NCBI GenBank assembly: GCA_964475825.1
Contig: CAYYXT010000003.1
Location: 96,570 to 128,569 of the forward strand
Direction of reading: 5' to 3'
Source: an uncultured Nitrosopumilaceae archaeon
GTDB taxonomy: Archaea > Thermoproteota > Nitrososphaeria > Nitrososphaerales > Nitrosopumilaceae
Length of the DNA stretch: 32,000 bases
Position numbers and translations under genes: made by a program. Under the pieces are notes generated by a model that saw only the letters and a list, made by a program, of their open reading frames with translations, was not told the DNA's origin and did not search any database. Shown here in pieces: positions 8,735-15,029 of this stretch (positions within the stretch are counted from its first letter, which is position 1; the number at the start of each line of letters is the position of its first letter).

Positions 8735-8875
8735 TTATTTTTGGTATTTGCTTGGATTTTTTTCAAAAACGGCTTTACATGATGGGCAGCAAAAATGGAA
8801 TGTATTCCCATTATGTTCTAAAGTTACTGCATTGTGTTCTTCCACTTCCATTTTGCAGACAGGATCTATTTTCAT
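8735..8875 (-). CDS. YHS/TRASH-domain metal-binding mini-protein (46 aa), CopT/CopM-like chaperone candidate
   Basis: Own base-by-base translation: MKIDPVCKMEVEEHNAVTLEHNGNTFHFCCPSCKAVFEKNPSKYQK. This fits the DPVC...FCCPSC...F....P..Y YHS/TRASH pattern. The ORF is hidden antisense to track ORF 8748..8951. Confidence 0.7.
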   Translation of the reverse strand: MKIDPVCKMEVEEHNAVTLEHNGNTFHFCCPSCKAVFEKNPSKYQK

Positions 8876-8914
8876 TGTTATACAAGGTTTGATTCTTCAA
8901 ATAAAGTATGTTGT

Positions 8915-8926
8915 TTACAAATGTAA
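8915..8926. promoter_or_regulatory. Operator variant TTACAAATGTAA (half-sites intact, centre AT changed to AA) between the YHS mini-gene and the regulator gene
   Basis: It lies 39 nt from minus ATG 8875 and 38 nt from plus ATG 8965, with TATA-like boxes on both sides (TTTATTT / ATATAGATAATA). Confidence 0.55.
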
Positions 8927-8964
8927 GATGTATGATATAGATAATAGCTAGCCATAGGATAGCC

Positions 8965-9393
8965 ATGTCGTTTCCTCTGGATGAAACAGATATTGCAATA
9001 CTTGAATCTCTAATTCAGGACGGCAGAAAGTCATTTAGACAGATTTCAAGGGAAATCAAAGTAAGCACACCTACAGTACAGATACGTTATGACAGAATGA
9101 TAAACATGGGAATAATAAAATCAATTTCACCTATATTGGATATGAAAAAACTTGGTATGAAATTAGATCTTAGTAAAACGGATATCAAATCACAAGGAAC
9201 TGCAACTAAAAAACTCAATTCAAATTTACATGTAAAAATAAAATGTGATTATTGTGATAGAAAGATTGCTGAAAAACCTAGCATATTAAAAGTGGCAAAC
9301 ATTCAAAGATTTTTTTGTTGTCCTTCCTGTAAAGTTCTCTTTCAAGACAAATATCAACGAAGAATTAAGGCAATCATGAACTCACAGAAATAA
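8965..9393 (+). CDS. Lrp/AsnC-type HTH regulator with C-terminal TRASH metal-sensing domain (archaeal CopR-like copper regulator)
   Basis: N-terminal LDETDIAILESLIQDGRKSFRQISREIKVSTPTVQIRYDRM (HTH_AsnC). C-terminal CDYC-x20-CCPSC matches the TRASH consensus C-x2-C-x19-22-C-x3-C. Confidence 0.8.
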   Translation: MSFPLDETDIAILESLIQDGRKSFRQISREIKVSTPTVQIRYDRMINMGIIKSISPILDMKKLGMKLDLSKTDIKSQGTATKKLNSNLHVKIKCDYCDRKIAEKPSILKVANIQRFFCCPSCKVLFQDKYQRRIKAIMNSQK

Positions 9394-9408
9394 TTAAAAA
9401 TATTTTGA

Positions 9409-11091
9409 CTATTCTTGTTTTGAAAACTTTTTCTGCTTTACTATTTTAATTCTATTATACACAAATAATGCTACTAGTATTATTATTGCCGCTATTGCAG
9501 TGTTCTGTATTGTATCTTTGATGGCAAATTCTGGTTCAGGGTCAGTTTTCTTTATAGTTGGAGGTAGAATTGGTTTTGGTAGATCTACGTTTATTGTTAA
9601 CGGATAAAGTTTGGATATTGTCATAGTTTTATCAATCTGTTCTGATGCTGAGACTTGAATCATTATCTGATATGTGCCTGATTTGGCATTTTTGTCAACT
9701 GATACATCCAAAGTAGATTCTACATTATTTTCTTGATTCAAGTCAATTATGGAAGGAGTGGCAGTAAAAGAAATACCATTCAATCCCGAATCAGTCATGC
9801 CAACTAGTGAAATATTGATATTGTCTAGTGATGCCACGTCATTGCTATTTTTCAGATTATTTACGATAACTTTTACTTGCTTTGATGTCTCTTTTTCGGT
9901 AAAATCAATTTCTTCTTTGTCAACTTGTATATTAAAAGGAACAGAAATGCTCGTATCTAGGTAACCAATTTTATTTGCTAAAACTTCTGTAAACCACACT
10001 TTCCCATCTTTTGATGCATCAAGATAGACTACCGTAGAGAGTGGACCTGTTGGAACATCATACTCTGTAATGGTACCTGATACGTCAATTTTTGAGATCT
10101 TGTTTCCACCGTGTTGTGCAAAATAGATATTTCCATATTCATCAGTATCTATCTGACTTGGAAGAGTCTGTGGATATAGTGTGTTGGGGGATGTCCATAA
10201 TGATGTATATGTTTTCAAACTAGAATCTAATTCTGAGACAATTACCCTACTTGAGCCATGATCTGATAGAATCAGTTTTTCTACTCCTTTAGAGTCTTTG
10301 AATATTACAATTCCAAAAGGTGAGAAAAAGTCTGGCTTTGGCAGGCTGATCTCAGAAAGATTTGGAAATGTATCTGATTGCATGTTTGTAACATCAATAA
10401 TTAAAACACTATTCGAATAAGTAAGAGTTATCAGTAAAGAGCCCTTTTCATCAAATGCAAGAAATATCGGACCGCTGTTTTCTTTGATTTTATATTCTTT
10501 AATTTCATTTGTCTTTATATCTAAACTTGCAAATTTATCTGAACTTAGTTCTGTAAACCAAATCTTTGATTTATCTGGTGATAAAATTATTCCCATTGGT
10601 CCAGAATTTTCTGTCGGTATATTGATTGTGTCCATTTGTTGATTTTCTATATTGAATTTGCCTATAGAATTGGTTCTTGCATCTGTAAACCATATCATAT
10701 TTCTTGATTCATCATAAATGATATGCCCTCCAGAAAGATTAACAATCACATCTTTTGTATTGGTCTTTTTTAATATATCAAAATTTGAGAATTTTTCAGT
10801 GACTGGATCAAACTTGAAAATTGAACTTGCATTTTGTGTTGCATGATAGATCCAGGCATTTCCAGTTTTATCTGTTGTAATTCCCCTCAAACCAAAGTCA
10901 TCAACGGGAATAGAAATTTCTTTGATGAAATTGCTTTTTTTAGAGTATGTGACAAATTCATCATTGGATATTTCTTGCGCAAAAACATTACTGAATGATA
11001 AAAGTGAAAAAAGAATAACAGGCAGTAGAAATAATGCAGTTGATTGAATTCTAGTATTTTTCAACTTATTTTTCCACCTTATTTCCAGCAT
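9409..11091 (-). CDS. Surface beta-propeller protein, streptogramin-lyase (Vgb)/NHL-like repeats, with C-terminal Ig-like domain and TM anchor
   Basis: Signal peptide. Repeated hydrophobic-W/Y-F-T/A motif blades (MIWFTDARTNSIGKF, KIWFTELSSDKFASL, NIYFAQHGGNKISKI, KVWFTEVLANKIGYL). C-terminal AIAAIIILVALFVY anchor. Paralog of 20552..22123. Confidence 0.7.
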   Translation of the reverse strand: MLEIRWKNKLKNTRIQSTALFLLPVILFSLLSFSNVFAQEISNDEFVTYSKKSNFIKEISIPVDDFGLRGITTDKTGNAWIYHATQNASSIFKFDPVTEKFSNFDILKKTNTKDVIVNLSGGHIIYDESRNMIWFTDARTNSIGKFNIENQQMDTINIPTENSGPMGIILSPDKSKIWFTELSSDKFASLDIKTNEIKEYKIKENSGPIFLAFDEKGSLLITLTYSNSVLIIDVTNMQSDTFPNLSEISLPKPDFFSPFGIVIFKDSKGVEKLILSDHGSSRVIVSELDSSLKTYTSLWTSPNTLYPQTLPSQIDTDEYGNIYFAQHGGNKISKIDVSGTITEYDVPTGPLSTVVYLDASKDGKVWFTEVLANKIGYLDTSISVPFNIQVDKEEIDFTEKETSKQVKVIVNNLKNSNDVASLDNINISLVGMTDSGLNGISFTATPSIIDLNQENNVESTLDVSVDKNAKSGTYQIMIQVSASEQIDKTMTISKLYPLTINVDLPKPILPPTIKKTDPEPEFAIKDTIQNTAIAAIIILVALFVYNRIKIVKQKKFSKQE

Positions 11092-11118
11092 TAGTTATCA
11101 TAAAAAATCCAACGTATC

Positions 11119-11547
11119 CTATTTTTCAAGAAAAACTGAAACTGGCCCCAGAATATTTCCATGCGGATTGATTACTATCTGGATATTTTGTTCATTTGGA
11201 ATTTGGATTTTGTCTTGTCCTAGATATTTCCATGTATAGTAAGTTCCAGGCTCTTGTAGAGTTCCATTCAGCTTGAAATCTTCAAAAAATGAAAACGAAT
11301 CTCCTTTGAGTGCAACTGTCAAAACTTTAGGACTATCGCCACTTGAAACAAATCTAAATTTGTACGTTCCATTTTTGATAGTAAATGTATCTGAAAAAAT
11401 CCCATCCTCGTACAGTTTTGGATCAGCAAGTCTTACATGAAAAATTTTTGTGTTTTCTTTTTTCTCAGGTGATATAAGCGATATGGATGATATGGAAACT
11501 ATAACTGCAATTACAACAATACTTCCAAGAATCAATTTTTTCTTCAA
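11119..11547 (-). CDS. Hypothetical secreted/anchored protein (142 aa)
   Basis: N-terminal hydrophobic anchor and a beta-rich sequence. Lies between the TRASH mini-gene and the propeller gene on the same strand, so probably in one operon. TTG start. Confidence 0.55.
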   Translation of the reverse strand: MKKKLILGSIVVIAVIVSISSISLISPEKKENTKIFHVRLADPKLYEDGIFSDTFTIKNGTYKFRFVSSGDSPKVLTVALKGDSFSFFEDFKLNGTLQEPGTYYTWKYLGQDKIQIPNEQNIQIVINPHGNILGPVSVFLEK

Positions 11548-11615
11548 GTATAATCACTTAATTTTAATAGCATAGACTCTTTTTTCTAGATTCTGATTTA
11601 CACAACAAAATTATG

Positions 11616-11786
11616 CTAGCAGCAACCACCACGACGATCTCTATGACTCTCTTCATTTTGTCTTTGTTGTTCTCTTACTGCAAATTCTTCAGCATGCTGC
11701 TCAGAGCAGAGATATTTTCCGAATCTTTTGACTGCGGTATCTTTTTTGACTTCCACTCCACACATCGGACAATGTTTTTCAAACAT
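11616..11786 (-). CDS. TRASH/YHS-like metal-binding mini-protein (56 aa) with C-terminal GGCC
   Basis: Own base-by-base translation: MFEKHCPMCGVEVKKDTAVKRFGKYLCSEQHAEEFAVREQQRQNEESHRDRRGGCC. Shows the CPxCG...G.YLCSxxH..xF pattern. TATTAAAATA lies 23-32 nt upstream of the ATG. The ORF is hidden antisense to track ORF 11613..11795. Confidence 0.7.
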   Translation of the reverse strand: MFEKHCPMCGVEVKKDTAVKRFGKYLCSEQHAEEFAVREQQRQNEESHRDRRGGCC

Positions 11787-11825
11787 GTTTGGTAATGAAA
11801 CTAGTGCATATTTTAATACAGATCT

Positions 11826-11837
11826 TTACAATTGTAA
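11826..11837. promoter_or_regulatory. Palindromic operator TTACAATTGTAA (perfect) upstream of the minus-strand TRASH mini-gene operon
   Basis: Exact match, 39 nt from ATG 11786. Confidence 0.7.
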
Positions 11838-11878
11838 CATTAATCTTTAGACTAGAATTCAAAATCTATAAGTGTTTT

Positions 11879-11890
11879 TTACATTTGTAA
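11879..11890. promoter_or_regulatory. Operator variant TTACATTTGTAA (centre AT changed to TT) upstream of the Cys-containing membrane protein gene
   Basis: It lies 31 nt upstream of TTG 11922 and is followed by GTATTAAAATAC. Confidence 0.5.
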
Positions 11891-11921
11891 ACTTGTGTAT
11901 TAAAATACTTGGCTAAAACTA

Positions 11922-12272
11922 TTGAAAGTGATTAGTGTGTGGTGTATTGGGTGTAAAAGTCTCTCAAAAAAGAAAATCATTATTTTGGCTTTAGTAACAG
12001 CAGTAGCTGCTGTGGTTCTGTATTATTCATTTACAATAAATCCAGTAACAACACTTGCTATTTTGCCTTTTCTTCTTCCTTTCGTAGGTTGTATCGTAAT
12101 GTGTGGAGTTATACTGGGAGTTGTGTTTCTGGCAGGCCGTTTTTCAAAAAAATCTGATAAATCACATAATTCTTGTTGTACAAGTGAATCAACTGACATG
12201 AGCGAATCTATCACAAAACCAGAAATCAATACAAATAACAAAAAAAACAGTTCGTCTAACTTTACAAAATAA
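11922..12272 (+). CDS. Small membrane protein with Cys motifs (WCIGC, GCIVMCG, SCC); start uncertain
   Basis: Two predicted TM helices with an intramembrane CxxxC and a polar C-terminal tail with CC. The start is TTG 11922, or GTG 11928 or 11937. Confidence 0.5.
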   Translation: MKVISVWCIGCKSLSKKKIIILALVTAVAAVVLYYSFTINPVTTLAILPFLLPFVGCIVMCGVILGVVFLAGRFSKKSDKSHNSCCTSESTDMSESITKPEINTNNKKNSSSNFTK

Positions 12273-12295
12273 TCATATCTGTAAAAATCATTATC

Positions 12296-12307
12296 TTACA
12301 ATTGTAA
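12296..12307. promoter_or_regulatory. Palindromic operator TTACAATTGTAA (perfect) upstream of the rhodanese gene
   Basis: Exact match, 39 nt upstream of ATG 12347, followed by CATATTAAAATA. Confidence 0.7.
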
Positions 12308-12346
12308 ACGACCATATTAAAATACAATACAAATGATATCTATTCT

Positions 12347-13192
12347 ATGAATTATTCTAATCCTGAGGTTTTAGTAGATACTGAATGGGTTTCAAAAAAT
12401 ACACCATCTGAAAAAATACAACTTGTTGAAGTTGATTATGATCCTGAAAACGGATACAGAAAAGGTCACATTAAAGGTGCCACACTAATTTGGTGGAAAC
12501 GTGACATAAACGATCCAATAACCAGAGACATCATTAGTAAAAAACAGTTTGAAGATCTTATGAACAGAAATGGAATTACCGCAGATAGTCAAGTTGTACT
12601 TTATGGGGATTTCAACAATTGGTTTGCAGCATTTGTTTTCTGGGTCTTCAAATATTATGGTCACAAAAATATCAAAATAATGAATGGAGCTAGAAAAAAA
12701 TGGGAGATGGAAAAAAGACCATACACAATAGAAGAACCCAAAGTCACACCCACTGTATATGTTGCTCAGCCGCCAAATGAAGGTCTTAGGGCTTATCTCT
12801 TTGATGTCAAACGTGCACTAGCCAAAAATGACACTGTTCTAGTTGATGTAAGATCACCAAAAGAGTTCACAGGCGAGATAACCGCACCGCCAGAATATCC
12901 AATGGAACATGCACAAAGAGGGGGACATATTCCAGGTGCAAATAATATTCCATGGGCTATGGCAGTAAATGATACTGATGGAACTTTCAAGACATATGAA
13001 GAATTGAAACAAAACTATGTCCCAAAAGGCGTAACTCCTGACAAGGATGTAATCTGTTATTGTAGAATTGGTGAAAGATCCTCGCACAGTTGGTTTGTCC
13101 TAAAGTATCTACTTGGATACCCTCAAGTACGAAACTATGATGGTTCTTGGACTGAATGGGGCAACATGATTGGAAATCCTGTAGAGAAATAA
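12347..13192 (+). CDS. Two-domain rhodanese (thiosulfate/3-mercaptopyruvate sulfurtransferase)
   Basis: Tandem rhodanese domains. The catalytic loop CYCRIGERSS fits the CRxGxR[ST] thiosulfate-sulfurtransferase signature. C-terminal YDGSWTEWG. Confidence 0.9.
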   Translation: MNYSNPEVLVDTEWVSKNTPSEKIQLVEVDYDPENGYRKGHIKGATLIWWKRDINDPITRDIISKKQFEDLMNRNGITADSQVVLYGDFNNWFAAFVFWVFKYYGHKNIKIMNGARKKWEMEKRPYTIEEPKVTPTVYVAQPPNEGLRAYLFDVKRALAKNDTVLVDVRSPKEFTGEITAPPEYPMEHAQRGGHIPGANNIPWAMAVNDTDGTFKTYEELKQNYVPKGVTPDKDVICYCRIGERSSHSWFVLKYLLGYPQVRNYDGSWTEWGNMIGNPVEK

Positions 13193-13390
13193 CTGTTTTA
13201 AAAAAATTCATACATTTTCTATGCAAAATAATGTTCATTGTTGGAATTGAGAAAGACAATTATTAATTGATAGTAATTTTGCACCAACAGGTAATTGCAC
13301 ACTTGCTATTAGCGCTACAGACGGATTGGTAACAAAATCGGTATTTGTGAATATGATGATTAATTGAAAATCAAAACCTCGATTATCACT

Positions 13391-13402
13391 TTACAATTGT
13401 AA
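13391..13402. promoter_or_regulatory. Palindromic operator TTACAATTGTAA (perfect) upstream of dsbA-like 2
   Basis: Exact match, 57 nt upstream of TTG 13460. This is the same spacing as at dsbA-like 1. Confidence 0.7.
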
Positions 13403-13459
13403 TGTATAAGAGATAAATATCCTGATTAAAAAATATTATCATTAAGGAGATAATGGTTT

Positions 13460-14254
13460 TTGGACATAGATGATATAGAAAAAACAACAAATACTGCAAA
13501 TATAACTATAAAAAAATCCACTTTTAATAAATTAATTATCGGTATTGTAGCAATTGCAATTATCTCTGCATTTTTTGGAGGATATGTTTTGGGAAACATC
13601 ATGCCTTTCTCTACAAACATTTTAGAATCTCAAAAACAAAATTCGGATGGCATACCCGTATCCACTATAGTAGAACAAGAGCTTCCAATTGCAAAGACTA
13701 CACCAACATCTGAAATTCCTGTGTATGCAAAATATGTGGGAGCATCTTCTGCTACTATAAATATAATTGAATTTGGGGATTTCCAGTGCCCATTTTGTAA
13801 GAGATTTTTTGATCAAACAGAACCGGAGATCAAAAAAGAGTATATTGATACTGGAAAAGCAAGGTTTTCCTTTATTGGGATAAGTATTACCGGTCCAGAT
13901 TCATTGCCTCTTGCTGCTAGTTCTTGGTGTGCTAATGAGCAAGAAAAGTATTATCAATATCATAATTATATCTACACAAATCAGGGAGATGAAAATTCTG
14001 GTTGGGGAACATATGAAAAAATAAAGATTCTTGCAAAAAACATACCTGATCTTGATATGGAATCATTCAATACTTGTCTGGACAGTAAAAAGTATGAACC
14101 GCGAGTAAACGAACTAACGCAACTCAGTGCAAATATTGGAGTGACAGGAACACCTACAACATTTATCGGAAATTCAGAAAATGGTTACACAAAGATTACT
14201 GGAGCCCAACCGTATGAGGTTTTCAAAAATACCATCGACATGTACATACAATAG
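13460..14254 (+). CDS. DsbA-family thiol:disulfide oxidoreductase, membrane-anchored (paralog 2)
   Basis: FQCPFCKRF active site, the same anchor sequence as paralog 1, and a TTG start directly after an in-frame stop. Confidence 0.85.
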   Translation: MDIDDIEKTTNTANITIKKSTFNKLIIGIVAIAIISAFFGGYVLGNIMPFSTNILESQKQNSDGIPVSTIVEQELPIAKTTPTSEIPVYAKYVGASSATINIIEFGDFQCPFCKRFFDQTEPEIKKEYIDTGKARFSFIGISITGPDSLPLAASSWCANEQEKYYQYHNYIYTNQGDENSGWGTYEKIKILAKNIPDLDMESFNTCLDSKKYEPRVNELTQLSANIGVTGTPTTFIGNSENGYTKITGAQPYEVFKNTIDMYIQ

Positions 14255-14272
14255 ATTCCAAACCAATTATAA

Positions 14273-14692
14273 TTACATCCTGAGTGTTTTGCTAACTCTA
14301 AAACTGTACATTGGCAAGTAGGTAAATGCCATTATTACTGTGCCAAGAATTTGTAGCCAGAGAGAATGTGTGTGATACATTCCAGCAAACATGAAAACTG
14401 CACCTATTGCTGCCACTGGAATCAATCTTGTCTTTTTTCTATACCACATACCTACAAGCATTGAGGCAAATGAAACTAAAAGAACTGTCATGCCTGTTGT
14501 GCTATCAAAGAATTTCATCATTTTATCAACAAAACTATCCGAATTATCATACATCGTATTCATGTTATTTAGAGCAGCATTTGAAATTGTTGCAGCCGCC
14601 ATTCCAATAGTACTAAACCCTATTAGAATAGTGCATAAAATCATGCCAATTATTCCAAAGGAGCAAACACATTTGCACGTGGAGATTCTCAT
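14273..14692 (-). CDS. Four-TM membrane protein with N-terminal CKCVC motif (MerC-like topology, speculative)
   Basis: 139 aa with about 4 hydrophobic segments, a Cys cluster at residues 6-10, and Met/His-rich loops. Lies 81 nt downstream of the Zn-ribbon mini-gene on the same strand. Confidence 0.55.
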   Translation of the reverse strand: MRISTCKCVCSFGIIGMILCTILIGFSTIGMAAATISNAALNNMNTMYDNSDSFVDKMMKFFDSTTGMTVLLVSFASMLVGMWYRKKTRLIPVAAIGAVFMFAGMYHTHSLWLQILGTVIMAFTYLPMYSFRVSKTLRM

Positions 14693-14773
14693 CTTTTGCG
14701 CTTAAATTGCTTGTTCTATAAATTTTTCAATTTAGCCAAGTAATTTGTCCAGTCTTCTATAAGGCATTCATGT

Positions 14774-14941
14774 CTAGTCTCGGTGTTCAAAACATAAAAT
14801 CGCGTCGCAGTCATTGCAGTAAATTGTATCTTTTTCTATTTTGATGTTAGTTGATCCGCATCTTGTACAAATTCTAATTTCATCTACTTGACAATGCTTC
14901 ATTGAATCTGGTTTTTCTACGTGTTGGCTTTCCACTGGCAT
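14774..14941 (-). CDS. Zinc-ribbon mini-protein (55 aa; C-x2-C-x13-C-x2-C)
   Basis: Own base-by-base translation: MPVESQHVEKPDSMKHCQVDEIRICTRCGSTNIKIEKDTIYCNDCDAILCFEHRD. Divergent from copA. An alternative start is M14. Confidence 0.5.
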   Translation of the reverse strand: MPVESQHVEKPDSMKHCQVDEIRICTRCGSTNIKIEKDTIYCNDCDAILCFEHRD

Positions 14942-14974
14942 TACATGTTTTTTGATTTATTTAATGATTGTACT

Positions 14975-14986
14975 TTACAATTGTAA
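14975..14986. promoter_or_regulatory. Palindromic operator TTACAATTGTAA (perfect) between the Zn-ribbon mini-gene and copA
   Basis: Exact match, 33 nt from minus ATG 14941 and 43 nt from the proposed copA TTG 15030. TATA-like boxes on both sides (ATTAAATAAAT / CATATTAATTAT). Confidence 0.7.
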
Positions 14987-15029
14987 AGATGTCATATTAA
15001 TTATCAGAAGTTCATCATTATTAATCAGA

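Noticed and set aside
8748-8951. Track ORF (67 aa, + strand) in the gap between the BNR gene and the regulator gene
   Set aside because: It has a non-ATG start and a junk-like sequence. It reads through the promoter/operator region. The opposite strand encodes a clean YHS/TRASH mini-protein (8735..8875).
11613-11795. Track ORF (60 aa, + strand)
   Set aside because: It is the antisense shadow of the TRASH-like mini-gene 11616..11786. The product is hydrophobic and low in complexity, with no promoter geometry.
14952-15029. N-terminal extension of copA in the ORF track (MIYLMIVLYNCKDVILIIRSSSLLIR)
   Set aside because: It would translate the operator and the TATA-like box. It is non-ATG and unlike the N-termini of HMA-ATPases. 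An in-frame TTG at 15030 just before the HMA domain is more plausible.
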